Positions 38,502-49,858 are shown, numbered from the stretch's first letter. The stretch is DNA of 64,000 nucleotides from an uncultured Candidatus Saccharibacteria bacterium (GCA_964354975.1 CAYHBS010000004.1:3614-67613); one strand, 5' to 3'. The notes: a model not told the origin generated them from the letters alone. Translations and numbers: made by a program.

Positions 38502-39050
38502 TTATTTGCACGAAACAGCAAATTCCTTCAGACGTTCCCCCACAAGCACTGCATCCGCCTCAGAATGCACGTCATCGATTGACCCAATTAAACTCGCTTG
38601 GCACATCCAACCGGAAAATATACTTCTCGCTTCGGCAAAAGATTCCTTTTTTCTTTTGCCCGTTTGTAAATCACGACTGTTCCAAACTGCACGAACCTGT
38701 GCCGGCAAATCCGCTAGCTCCTGAATGGTATTGGGTTCGATGAGGCACTTTTCAATGTGCGTACTCGGTACTCTTCCCACCACCAGCACCCAGTCCGCTC
38801 CTGCCGCGAGTGCTCGCTCAATATCTCCGTCACTCGCGTGAATTCCCTTTGCGAGAATTGGTTTGTTGGTCATCGTGCATGCTTTTTTAATGAGATCAAA
38901 AGATCCGCCCCACCGCGGGTCGGTATGAATTGAGATCATATCTCCCACGCGATTTGCCACCGCAAAAAGTTCGTCCCATGTGTGCGCTGACCTAAATCCA
39001 AATGGAGACTGCGTTTTGACTTCAGCAATGATTTTAATTCCATGATACAT
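38502..39050 (-). CDS. trpC: Indole-3-glycerol-phosphate synthase-like protein (compact, 182 aa)
   Basis: IIAEVKTQSPFGF (IAEVKxxSPSxG signature), ILAKGIHASD and DAVLVGERL blocks. Confidence 0.55.
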   Translation of the reverse strand: MYHGIKIIAEVKTQSPFGFRSAHTWDELFAVANRVGDMISIHTDPRWGGSFDLIKKACTMTNKPILAKGIHASDGDIERALAAGADWVLVVGRVPSTHIEKCLIEPNTIQELADLPAQVRAVWNSRDLQTGKRKKESFAEARSIFSGWMCQASLIGSIDDVHSEADAVLVGERLKEFAVSCK

Positions 39051-39087
39051 ATGTCCATGGTACCAACGGACCGAAAGAAGTGAAAAC

Positions 39088-39261
39088 TTATCTTAAGCTC
39101 CTTTTGTGTTCTTCAATTTCTTTATCGAGCCTCTCTCGTTGCTGTTGCATTTCCTTTAACTTAGCTTCCTTCTCTTTTTTTTGCGCTTCCTGGGCTTCTC
39201 TAAGCCGCCTTTCCGCCTCGGCTACTTTTTTCGCCGAATCAGTCGATGTATCTTTTTCCAT
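39088..39261 (-). CDS. Small coiled-coil protein (57 aa), hypothetical
   Basis: Manual minus-strand translation MEKDTSTDSAKKVAEAERRLREAQEAQKKEKEAKLKEMQQQRERLDKEIEEHKRSLR. Below the ORF-track cutoff. Confidence 0.25.
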   Translation of the reverse strand: MEKDTSTDSAKKVAEAERRLREAQEAQKKEKEAKLKEMQQQRERLDKEIEEHKRSLR

Positions 39262-39329
39262 ACGATATGAATTAATTATACGGATAATATTTTTGCAACC
39301 TTATATATAGTATAACAAATAGTGAACAT

Positions 39330-39363
39330 GTGAAGTGCATATCCCATGGGATATGCACTTCAC
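39330..39363. repeat. Perfect palindrome gtgaagtgcatatccc-atg-gggatatgcacttcac (16 bp arms)
   Basis: Self-complementary. No flanking T-run. Confidence 0.5.
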
Positions 39364-39577
39364 GCCAAAGCTACGAATTTACCAGAAACATAAATTTGTT
39401 GCGCACAACCTTTTGTTTTGGAGTAAGCCGCTCGACGAGATAGACACTTATTGGGATGACTCTATCACCCACGCTGAATGAATAATTCTCTTTTTTTGTA
39501 ATGTGTGAACGATATCTCTCGCCACACCACTTCTCCCATATACGGTTAGTGAAATAACCTATCAGTGCGATATAATA

Positions 39578-40270
39578 ATGGGTATGCGAATCCGCACTCA
39601 TCGGGTCGTGAACAAAGACTTCTTTAAAGAGTGGGCCGCTCCGATGGCATATGTGCTTGGATTTTTCATGGCGGATGGATACATGACACATAATTCCCGA
39701 GGCGCACACTTTCTCTGTATGCAAATTACTGACAGGAATCTGCTATACAAGCTCCGCGCCGCAATGCGATCCACGCACAAAGTGAGCGCGAGAACCACGC
39801 ACGACGCCGGGAAACCACTGTACCGATTACAAATCGGCAGCAAAGAAATGTGTGATGATTTGCGCAAACTCGGCATCAGAAATGGGAAAACGCACAATAT
39901 GCGCTTACCAAATGTACCACAAAAATATGTTTCGGATTTTGTTCGCGGGTACTTTGATGGAGACGGAAACGTTTGGGTTGGACTTGTCCACAAGGAGCGT
40001 CAACGATCATTACTTGCTATCAACACCGTATTCACTTCGTGCTCCGGACATTTTCTGCGCGTCCTCAAAAAAACGCTGAAAGAGTATGAAATCCACGGCC
40101 ATATGAGCAACGCAAACTCGTACTGTAGGCTCTCCTACAGCATTCATGCGTCGCTAAAGTTACACGGATTGATGTATGGAAAGTATCATGGTAATCTGTT
40201 CCTGCGCCGAAAACGAAAAGTATTTGAGCGATATGTTCGAAACCGAAATGCGGCTGTAGCTCAACGGTAG
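39578..40270 (+). CDS. LAGLIDADG family homing endonuclease (double-motif)
   Basis: Motif 1 YVLGFFMADGYM and motif 2 VRGYFDGDGNVWV. A -10-like gatataat lies upstream. The 3' end overlaps the tRNA-Asp. Confidence 0.8.
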   Translation: MGMRIRTHRVVNKDFFKEWAAPMAYVLGFFMADGYMTHNSRGAHFLCMQITDRNLLYKLRAAMRSTHKVSARTTHDAGKPLYRLQIGSKEMCDDLRKLGIRNGKTHNMRLPNVPQKYVSDFVRGYFDGDGNVWVGLVHKERQRSLLAINTVFTSCSGHFLRVLKKTLKEYEIHGHMSNANSYCRLSYSIHASLKLHGLMYGKYHGNLFLRRKRKVFERYVRNRNAAVAQR

Positions 40271-40321
40271 AGCGCTCGCCTGTCACGTGAGAGGTCGTGG
40301 GGTCAGCACCCATCAGCCGCG
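40250..40321 (+). tRNA. tRNA-Asp(GTC)-like with non-canonical T-loop (GTCAGCA)
   Basis: Perfect 7 bp acceptor gcggctg/cagccgc, canonical D-arm tagctcaacggtagagc, anticodon loop ctGTCac. The T-stem needs a G-U pair and the T-loop lacks T54/A58. Confidence 0.5.
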
Positions 40322-40490
40322 CAGTATAAAAAAACCGCCGAAGGGCGCGTTTTTTTGTTTTGCGGTAGAGGAAGTGATCTGCATCACTTCCGTATGGGTG
40401 CTGACGGACGGAGCTGTGTATTAACACCAGTTAAAACCAGCGAGTCGGGGTAGCGAACATTTCGAGCGAGTGCGAGAAATGATTCGTGAC

Positions 40491-40511
40491 CAGCACCCAT
40501 CAGCCGCGCCA
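40491..40511 (+). repeat. Duplicated tRNA-Asp 3' end (cagcacccatcagccgcgc plus CA completing CCA), direct repeat of 40304-40322
   Basis: 19 bp perfect copy with imperfect extension back to tcgtg. Only this copy encodes CCA. Confidence 0.55.
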
Positions 40512-40579
40512 ATAACCCCGCTGGTAAGAAACATGCTCGCGAAAATCATTCCATGTGGCGCTGGGTGCCGCCTCGGTAA

Positions 40580-41986
40580 CTAACCCTCCTTCTCTGTGAG
40601 ACGCTCAATCTCTGCTCCCAATGCAAATAGCGTCCCTTCGTCAAACGGCTTCCCAATCAACTGCACCCCAACGGGCAGATTCCCCACCTTGCCACACGGA
40701 AGTGAGAGCGCGGGAACACCCGCCAAATTTACAGGTACCGTGTACACGTCCGAGAGATACATCGTGAGCGGATCGCTTGTTTTTTCTCCAAATTTGAATG
40801 GCAATGTTGGAGATGTTGGAGTGAGTATTACGTCCACCGATTCAAATGCTGTAGTAAAATCTTGTGCGATCAATGTACGCACTTTTTGTGCGCGGCCATA
40901 AAACTCATCGTAGTACCCGCTCGACAGTACGTGAGTGCCAAGAATAATACGGCGTCGCGCTTCTTTTCCAAATCCATTCGAGCGCGACTTCAGATAATCC
41001 CCTGCGAGTGTACCTGTAGATTCAAAATATCCGTACCGGAGTCCATCAAATCGCGCGAGATTTGATGATACTTCTGCAGGCATAATAATGTAATACACTG
41101 CAAGCGCGTGCGGGGAATGTGGCAGTGAAATATCTTGTATAATTGCCCCATTCTTCTCGAGTAAATCGATGGTGTTCTGAATAATTTTTTTAATTTCTGG
41201 ATCGAGCCCATCTGCAAAATATTCTTTTGGCACTCCAACTGTCCATCCCACAGTTTTTGTCGGCCGCTCGCGCGGAACTACCGACGTTGCATCTTTTGGA
41301 TCTTTCCCGCGGATGACGTTAAATAATGTTTCTGCGTCTGCAACTGAAGTTGCGAGTGGCCCAATTTGATCAAGCGAAGACGCCATCGCAATAAGTCCCG
41401 ATCGCGACACGCTACCATATGTGGGCTTAAGTCCCACAACCCCACAAAATGCGGCGGGCTGGCGGATAGATCCACCTGTGTCTGATCCGAGTGCAACCGG
41501 TACCATATCTGCCGCAACCGCCGCGGCAGAGCCCCCAGATGAACCTCCTGGTACGCGACTGGTATCTATCGGATTTTTTGTTGGACCATATGCGGAATTC
41601 TCCGTGGAGCTGCCCATCGCAAACTCGTCCATATTGGTTTTGCCAATGAGCACCGCCCCTGCCGCGCGCAATTTTTTCACCACAAACGCGTCGTACGCCG
41701 CAATGTGATTCGCAAGCATTTTTGATCCCGCCGTGGTCACGGTTCCGGCAATACACATGTTATCCTTTATTGCGATGGGTACACCTGCAAGCGGCAATTG
41801 TTCCTCTCCTTTCCGCACACGTTCATCCACCGCCGCGGCTTCTGCGAGCGCATGTTCGGGATTTACTAACAAGAACGCATGAAGTTCCTTGTCGCGCTCG
41901 GCGATGCGATTTAGATACTCTTGAGCCACATCAACAGCCGAGCGGACCCCACCCGACACCGAAGTAACAATATCAGTGATATGCAT
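40580..41986 (-). CDS. gatA: Glutamyl-tRNA(Gln)/aspartyl-tRNA(Asn) amidotransferase subunit A
   Basis: Amidase signature GGSSGGSAAAVAA. Start chosen at MHITDIV; the ORF track extends to 42049. Confidence 0.92.
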   Translation of the reverse strand: MHITDIVTSVSGGVRSAVDVAQEYLNRIAERDKELHAFLLVNPEHALAEAAAVDERVRKGEEQLPLAGVPIAIKDNMCIAGTVTTAGSKMLANHIAAYDAFVVKKLRAAGAVLIGKTNMDEFAMGSSTENSAYGPTKNPIDTSRVPGGSSGGSAAAVAADMVPVALGSDTGGSIRQPAAFCGVVGLKPTYGSVSRSGLIAMASSLDQIGPLATSVADAETLFNVIRGKDPKDATSVVPRERPTKTVGWTVGVPKEYFADGLDPEIKKIIQNTIDLLEKNGAIIQDISLPHSPHALAVYYIIMPAEVSSNLARFDGLRYGYFESTGTLAGDYLKSRSNGFGKEARRRIILGTHVLSSGYYDEFYGRAQKVRTLIAQDFTTAFESVDVILTPTSPTLPFKFGEKTSDPLTMYLSDVYTVPVNLAGVPALSLPCGKVGNLPVGVQLIGKPFDEGTLFALGAEIERLTEKEG

Positions 41987-41993
41987 TCGTTTC

Positions 41994-42290
41994 TCAAACA
42001 TTTCCAAATACGTTCGGTACTTGTAACTGGTCGTCTTTTGCTTTGGCAAGTTGCGACATCATGCGATTACGCTCGGCCTCGTCAGTAGGAATTGCAACGT
42101 CGTCGCGTATCACATTTTCGAGAAGCTCTGCGTGCGTCATTGGTGTCACTTCTGCAACATCAAGCGTATTCAGTGACTCTGCATAATTCAAAATACTCCC
42201 CGCTTCCCGAGCGAGCGTTTCTACTTCTGCGTCTGTCACTTCGAGTCTCGCAAGAGAGGCGAGTTTTTTGATGGTGTCCTTGGAAATCAT
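41994..42290 (-). CDS. gatC: Amidotransferase subunit C
   Basis: 98 aa GatC-like, upstream of gatA. Confidence 0.8.
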   Translation of the reverse strand: MISKDTIKKLASLARLEVTDAEVETLAREAGSILNYAESLNTLDVAEVTPMTHAELLENVIRDDVAIPTDEAERNRMMSQLAKAKDDQLQVPNVFGNV

Positions 42291-42305
42291 GCGTCGTATC
42301 CTACG

Positions 42306-44369
<2,064 letters not shown>

Positions 44370-44948
44370 TTAATTGCAGTTTGATGGCAAGCGCTCAATG
44401 AACGTGAACTCAAGCGCTCGCTCTATGACGCGATCCGCCACCCCGCATGACGCTCCCGCGCGCACCCTTCCCCGCGAAAGAATGGAAGTCTGCAGTTGTT
44501 TTGGAGATCCATTAATACAGGACTTGGTCACGGTAACTGCCGCGCAGTCTGGACTCGTATTATTCAATATAAAATTGGATGTATATGCTCTGGGGGCTCC
44601 GCCACCGGTGAGTAGTATCGTAGAAAAGGTGATAGTCTGTCCGCCACAGGATATTTCTTTTGCGCCCGTTGTACGAGAGAACGCGCGATAAGAATCATTT
44701 GCGGAATTGTTAATTTGCTCTCGCGCTTCACCCCAATACCGTGCGCACTCAAGCCCAAAATTTGCCATATAAAAAGCGCGGATGGAGTCGGACTCTTGCC
44801 CCGAGAGCTTATACTCGGAAAATAGCAGTGTAAAAATACCGGTTGCAAGACTAAAACTCATGGTCATCACGAGAAATGCGATCAGCAACGTCACACCGGA
44901 CGTGCGCGTCGGAAACGATACAGAATGTTGATAAGATAGGTGCATCAT
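44370..44948 (-). CDS. Hypothetical membrane-anchored protein, possibly pilus-associated
   Basis: N-terminal TM. Located at the head of the pilin gene run. Confidence 0.35.
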   Translation of the reverse strand: MMHLSYQHSVSFPTRTSGVTLLIAFLVMTMSFSLATGIFTLLFSEYKLSGQESDSIRAFYMANFGLECARYWGEAREQINNSANDSYRAFSRTTGAKEISCGGQTITFSTILLTGGGAPRAYTSNFILNNTSPDCAAVTVTKSCINGSPKQLQTSILSRGRVRAGASCGVADRVIERALEFTFIERLPSNCN

Positions 44949-44949
44949 A

Positions 44950-45513
44950 TTACGGCTGTAATTTTCTCGGTGTCACTGATGTTTGTAAAAATATGTTGGT
45001 TTCGATATTTGCCCTGCTGCGCCCCGCGGTACCTTGCACTGCAATAGTGACAAAAGATTGCCTGCGCGTTGTTGGTTCCGAGGTTTCATCGGCGAGAAAG
45101 AAGGAGAGTTGGTCAATCGGCACATTCGCATCCGTAATGGCCCCCCAACCTTCACTGCCTATTTTTCGCTCGATTGCTTTCTTTGCCGTAGTAAGTCTGA
45201 TTCGTACAGTTTCGTCTTTGGAATTTTGATACTGAAAATACTGACAGGGAATTGTGGTAGTGTCTATCGCTAAAAAGTCGGAATTCATGCAATTATAATT
45301 GGTGCCTGTGCGCATATCTTTTGCAATCGCCTCAACGGCAAAGCGCACGTTATCAAACGCACTCTGAAGGGCCGCCGCTTTGCGCTGCGCATTAGTGAGC
45401 GTGAGGAGCGACCCAATCGCTACCGTTGCGACAAGTGAAAAAATTCCTACGGACACAATCAGTTCAATAAGGGAAAACCCTTTATTCGCCGGACGGAAGG
45501 TGTGAGTGATCAT
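44950..45513 (-). CDS. Prepilin-type N-terminal cleavage/methylation domain protein (minor pilin or pseudopilin)
   Basis: KGFSLIELIVSVGIF class III signal motif. Confidence 0.7.
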   Translation of the reverse strand: MITHTFRPANKGFSLIELIVSVGIFSLVATVAIGSLLTLTNAQRKAAALQSAFDNVRFAVEAIAKDMRTGTNYNCMNSDFLAIDTTTIPCQYFQYQNSKDETVRIRLTTAKKAIERKIGSEGWGAITDANVPIDQLSFFLADETSEPTTRRQSFVTIAVQGTAGRSRANIETNIFLQTSVTPRKLQP

Positions 45514-45514
45514 A

Positions 45515-46261
45515 TTATGGCGTTTGCAATGAATTGGGCAGCCAGTTAAACATGCGCGTCGACACTACGTGCTGTAAATCATTTCCGTTTCTATCTTCCC
45601 AAAATACCGTCGCGGTCACAATAATCTCCTGCACACTGTTATCATCTCCCCCGCAAAATGCACTTTCCGTCACGGTGACGTATCTCCTAAATATTGTTTG
45701 TGTCGAACTCCCGGGAGGGGTGCTCGCCTGGATAAATATCTTTTTTCCTCCCGTAAGCGTTTGTTCATACACGATTTGATTTGAATCCCCCGCAGCGGTA
45801 TTTGCAAGTCGAGTGCTCGTCGTTTTTGATCCCGTGGGAATAGTCACAATAAATTGTTTGCTTCCTGCACCAGGGCACGAGGGATCGTCTACTAAATCTA
45901 TTGTGGGCGACGTGTCACTGACCCACGTTCCATTACGGAGCGACGTGTCAGAGTGCAGTAGGCGCAAGAAATTACTATCACGTTCAGATTGCACCGCTTC
46001 CATGGCTTCCTGGGCAAGCATTGACGCGGTGAGGCGATTTCTGGTATATGACGCGGTTGCAATACTCGTCGAAGCAAGCCCCATGGCACTCGTCACTCCG
46101 ATGAGTAAAATCGAAATAGACACCATGGACTCCACCAAGGTAAACCCTCGCGCGCAGTGTTTTTGATGAAATGGTATTTTTTCCGCACGTGCCATCTCTA
46201 CCTCGCGGAGTAATTGCGTTGCGAAACATTGTTTGTGTTGTGTGGAAACGCTACGCAACAT
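45515..46261 (-). CDS. Prepilin-type N-terminal domain protein (minor pilin)
   Basis: RGFTLVESMVSISIL motif. Confidence 0.65.
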   Translation of the reverse strand: MLRSVSTQHKQCFATQLLREVEMARAEKIPFHQKHCARGFTLVESMVSISILLIGVTSAMGLASTSIATASYTRNRLTASMLAQEAMEAVQSERDSNFLRLLHSDTSLRNGTWVSDTSPTIDLVDDPSCPGAGSKQFIVTIPTGSKTTSTRLANTAAGDSNQIVYEQTLTGGKKIFIQASTPPGSSTQTIFRRYVTVTESAFCGGDDNSVQEIIVTATVFWEDRNGNDLQHVVSTRMFNWLPNSLQTP

Positions 46262-46263
46262 AC

Positions 46264-47016
46264 TTAATTACAGGCCTGGTAGGCGCCTGCCGTGTTCATA
46301 AGACTAATCTGCCCTGTTTTCCATATATCAATTTTTCGCACCAAATTTGATCCGTCTGTAGTAGTGAGACATATCCAGACATGATTTGTCGCGCCGGGCG
46401 CGTCGGGAATGGGACCCCCGTTATCATAGGTGAAATATACAGTGGGATCCGGACGATGATAGATAACGTGGAGCACCCTATTTGATCCGGGATTAATGTC
46501 TGCTCCATTTGGCGTACCGTCGTCGTAGCGAATTGCGGAGATCACCACGCGGGGATTTAATTTCCATTCTTGATAGTAATCGGTTGACTGTTCATTATAG
46601 GTATTCCCAAATCCCGTTTGGTCATATTTGAGATTCCCCGCGCTTAACGAATCGGTTGCGTTACTTGCAGGAAGATCAGGAAATAGAATAACTTGATTGT
46701 TTGCGGCAAGATCAAAACGTGCGCCTACCGCAGGATAAAAATCGCAATTACTGACACAAGACAGTCGCTTCACTGCACTGACACTAATACCTTGTTGTTG
46801 CACTTCTCGCAGTAGGAGCGTTAACTCCTGCGCCGTTTGATTGAGCGCGGTGTGACTACGAGATTTTGTAATGCTCTCCACCGTAATTCCGGAAAGAATG
46901 ACTACAATCCCGAGCGCAATAATCATCTCAAGAAGGGTAAATCCACGCGTTGCTGTGGCGAGCACCGGTAAGCGATCGCGGACATGCATGCGCATACGCG
47001 CTCTTTCTTTATTCAT
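46264..47016 (-). CDS. Prepilin-type N-terminal domain protein (minor pilin)
   Basis: RGFTLLEMIIALGIV motif. Confidence 0.65.
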   Translation of the reverse strand: MNKERARMRMHVRDRLPVLATATRGFTLLEMIIALGIVVILSGITVESITKSRSHTALNQTAQELTLLLREVQQQGISVSAVKRLSCVSNCDFYPAVGARFDLAANNQVILFPDLPASNATDSLSAGNLKYDQTGFGNTYNEQSTDYYQEWKLNPRVVISAIRYDDGTPNGADINPGSNRVLHVIYHRPDPTVYFTYDNGGPIPDAPGATNHVWICLTTTDGSNLVRKIDIWKTGQISLMNTAGAYQACN

Positions 47017-47497
47017 ATTTCAGCATCAGTACATCGCCAGACGCGACGAACACATGCTCAAGCGATGATACCCTGGCACCATTAATATACAGCGTCCACC
47101 GTTTCCCGTCCTCTTCATTGGCAACGTCGCCAAGTGCGATGGGTAAAAATTTTTCACCGACTTGTACCCGATATTCATGTGTTGCGGCGGCCAAATAGAC
47201 GATATCGCGCGCGTCAAGCGGAGCGCTAATGTCGCGCTCTTCTTCAATATTCGTTCCATTCCCAAAATCAATAGTTACTTTGACCATGCCCAGTACAGCG
47301 GTCTCGTCGTTACTGCCTTTAGGCGACTCGGCGTCCGACGCAGATACGGCGGCACCACCCGAAGCATCATTTCCTCGCAAGGCAGAATTAAAAAAGGCAA
47401 CGCCTGCGACAGCAATGAGTAGCGTGGTAATTCCCGCTAAAATATATTCCCCTTTTTGATTCATGTGAGGAGCGTCACTACGGTTGTAGTATACCAC
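47009..47497 (-). CDS. Hypothetical membrane-anchored protein
   Basis: TM near the N-terminus. Overlaps the pilD start. Confidence 0.35.
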   Translation of the reverse strand: MVYYNRSDAPHMNQKGEYILAGITTLLIAVAGVAFFNSALRGNDASGGAAVSASDAESPKGSNDETAVLGMVKVTIDFGNGTNIEEERDISAPLDARDIVYLAAATHEYRVQVGEKFLPIALGDVANEEDGKRWTLYINGARVSSLEHVFVASGDVLMLKYE

Positions 47498-48450
47498 TCA
47501 ACGAGTTCGTACCCAAAAGCAAATGCAATGACGGTGCCTGCAAAGAGAAACGGGCCAAATGGAATCTGCGTTTTGCGGTTGTATGCACCTACAAGCAAAA
47601 AGACGATTCCCCAGATGGCGCCGATCCAAAACGCGAGGAGCAAGGAAACCAATGTCAGGAGTGGTCCGGAAAATAATGCGATGCCAAATACGAGCTTCGC
47701 GTCTCCAAGGCCCATCCATGTTCCTTTTGATATCGCCCAGAGCGCCCAGAAAAGTCCCGCCGCAAGCACCGCTACAGAAAACGTGAGTGACGGCTCCAGT
47801 CTCACAATGTTGGATAGGTCATGTACTACGAATGCATAAATTCCCCCCGAGATAGCGAGAATAAGATTCAGTGTGTCGGGAATTATCTTGTGGCGAATAT
47901 CATATACAGAGAGCACTACTCCCACCGCCATCACGACGAGCGCTGATACTACTGCAACAAACACAGGGATCATGTCGCCGAGTGTAAATAGCCGCGCACC
48001 CTCTCCCACCGAGTCCAAATTGTCCGTAATAAATTGCATGAGGCCGCTTTTCCACGCAACTAATACAAATAGCGCTCCCGTAAGCAATTCCACAACTGGA
48101 TATTGCCAAGAAAATTTTGAACCGCAGTGCCGGCATCTACCGCGCAGATATAAAAAGCTGACTACCGGTATCAAATCAATCGCCGTGAGTCGCGCGCCAC
48201 ATGACAAGCATTTCGACTCCCCCCGTACAATCGATTCACTGGTGCGCAGACGCAGAGAAACAACATTGAGGAAACTCCCAATACCAACTCCTATCACAAA
48301 AACTAATAATATAATCAGATACTGCACTACGTTATAGTATAAACTACTAACTAGGTTGAGGTGTGCGCAACTTAGATTAGGGCGATTAAAAGCAAAAAAT
48401 GATACCCTCCCGCACTCCGTATGCTGCACGCGGGAGTGGCCGGGCATCAA
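47461..48450 (-). CDS. pilD: Prepilin peptidase (A24 family)
   Basis: Tetra-Cys zinc motif (CLSCGARL...CRHCGSKF) and a polytopic membrane domain. Confidence 0.85.
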   Translation of the reverse strand: MMPGHSRVQHTECGRVSFFAFNRPNLSCAHLNLVSSLYYNVVQYLIILLVFVIGVGIGSFLNVVSLRLRTSESIVRGESKCLSCGARLTAIDLIPVVSFLYLRGRCRHCGSKFSWQYPVVELLTGALFVLVAWKSGLMQFITDNLDSVGEGARLFTLGDMIPVFVAVVSALVVMAVGVVLSVYDIRHKIIPDTLNLILAISGGIYAFVVHDLSNIVRLEPSLTFSVAVLAAGLFWALWAISKGTWMGLGDAKLVFGIALFSGPLLTLVSLLLAFWIGAIWGIVFLLVGAYNRKTQIPFGPFLFAGTVIAFAFGYELVEWYTTTVVTLLT

Positions 48451-48496
48451 AACACAAACGCCGCCAGTAGGGCGGCGTTTGTGTTAATATCTCAAA

Positions 48497-48955
48497 TTAG
48501 TTGCACGATACGTCGCTCGCCCCCAACTCAGTTGCTGTCACCTTTGCGGCTCCAGTTCCATCAATACAAAACACTGATGCGGGAACCGTTTTTAATGGAA
48601 CCTCGATCGCATAACCAGCAGCGGCATTCTCATGACAAGTCGCTTGTCCATCGGCACCAGCAAGTGTAAGAGTTGATACCGTTCCACCAGAAACCCCCGC
48701 TTGAACTTTCGAAGCGTCGATTGCAGCAGTAACTGCTGGATCGGCACAAAGTCCGGCATATGATTGAGGGGTGTCATAAAACAACTCGGCTGTCGCACGA
48801 AGACCCGATAAGTTTGCCTTAATTGCCGCGTCATTTGCTTTTGAACGCGCAGTTTGAAGTGAAGCGAGCACCACTCCTGCCAGTATTCCAATGATGGCGA
48901 TCACGACGAGGAGTTCAATAAGGGTAAAACCTTTTTCTGAACGATTTTTAAACAT
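48497..48955 (-). CDS. pilA: Type IV major pilin
   Basis: [23 protein letters not shown]-terminus and a C-terminal Cys pair. Confidence 0.8.
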   Translation of the reverse strand: MFKNRSEKGFTLIELLVVIAIIGILAGVVLASLQTARSKANDAAIKANLSGLRATAELFYDTPQSYAGLCADPAVTAAIDASKVQAGVSGGTVSTLTLAGADGQATCHENAAAGYAIEVPLKTVPASVFCIDGTGAAKVTATELGASDVSCN

Positions 48956-49140
48956 ATTTTTGTAATTGATAATGATAAACCACCTAATAATATAAATAGA
49001 GTTTGTTATATATTGCTCGACCAGTTAGCTTTGTGCCCCTTTATTATACTTCCTTACGAAATAAGGAAAAAATGGGGTGTGGACAACGCCGGCCCCGCAT
49101 GTGGGGGCGAAATGGCTAATATCTCATTGACCTAATGCCT

Positions 49141-49340
49141 AAAATCATTAAATCACAAGAACATTAAATCATGAGATTACGAGAACATGAAAACACGAGA
49201 ACATGAAAACACGAGAACATGAAAACACGAGAACATGAAAACACGAGAACATTAATTCATAAAATCACAAGAACAGTACATCACGAGATCATGAAAACAT
49301 TAAATCATGAAAACACGAGATCATAGAAACAGGTTCGGCC
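49141..49340. repeat. Tandem repeat region: 4 perfect copies of acgagaacatgaaaac (49179-49242) plus degenerate atcacaagaacat/catgaaaac-type flanks
   Basis: Direct reading of the sequence. Related motifs recur at 49897-49918 (inverted) and 51164-51195. Confidence 0.7.
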
Positions 49341-49370
49341 TGCTACCAGCGGTAAGCCATGTGTATCAGT

Positions 49371-49616
49371 CTACCTTAGTTTTTTGTAGGTATTATCGCC
49401 GCGGCGCTCGATGGCAAAAACAAATATGCCACGCGCGTCAATACGAACAATAATGCGAATATCACCAACTCGCACACGATACATGTGCCCACGCGCAGTA
49501 AGTCTTTTTATATCTAGCCCCTCAATATCCCCGACAAAGAGCAATTCCAGTGCCTTCGCCACACGAGCGCGCTCGGCAACGCTCAACTTTCTTAAATACT
49601 TCTCTATTTTATCCAT
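49371..49616 (-). CDS. Type II toxin, RelE/ParE family
   Basis: YRVRVGDIRIIVRID...FVFAIERRGDNTY resembles the RelE/ParE core. Lies downstream of and overlapping the antitoxin. Confidence 0.75.
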   Translation of the reverse strand: MDKIEKYLRKLSVAERARVAKALELLFVGDIEGLDIKRLTARGHMYRVRVGDIRIIVRIDARGIFVFAIERRGDNTYKKLR

Positions 49617-49851
49617 TCAGCTTTTTGAGCACAGAAATGACTTTTTTTGCAGAAACCCCACCATCAGAAATTTTCCCAAAATCAGCAACTGTTTCCCATG
49701 CGCCCTCATCTCCCCATGGATCTACGGGAGAGAGTTTAAAAAGCGGACGAGAACGGCGCATCACAATAAATTGCTCCCCTTTCGCAACACGCGATGAATA
49801 TTTTTCTACATTTTCCCTCAATTCCTTTAGTCCAATGATGTTTGTTTTCAT
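49609..49851 (-). CDS. Type II antitoxin, Phd/YefM family
   Basis: NIIGLKELRENVEKYSSRVAKGEQFIVMRRSRP resembles the Phd/YefM N-terminal domain. Confidence 0.75.
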   Translation of the reverse strand: MKTNIIGLKELRENVEKYSSRVAKGEQFIVMRRSRPLFKLSPVDPWGDEGAWETVADFGKISDGGVSAKKVISVLKKLNG

Positions 49852-49858
49852 ATCTTAA

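Noticed and set aside
39371-39724. Minus-strand ORF (117 aa) overlapping the first about 150 nt of the LAGLIDADG gene
   Set aside because: It conflicts with a well-supported plus-strand gene that has a -10-like element and both LAGLIDADG motifs. It has no recognisable domain. Possibly a shorter real ORF, but not supportable.
40329-40356. Strong intrinsic terminator after the tRNA-Asp-like gene
   Set aside because: Only a 4 bp stem (cgcc/ggcg) can be formed before the T-run, so it is a weak hairpin. The T-tract is noted but it was not called as a confident terminator feature.
49179-49242. CRISPR array hypothesis for the 16 bp tandem repeats
   Set aside because: The repeats are contiguous without spacers, only 16 bp long, and no cas genes are present. 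They are tandem repeats, not a CRISPR array.
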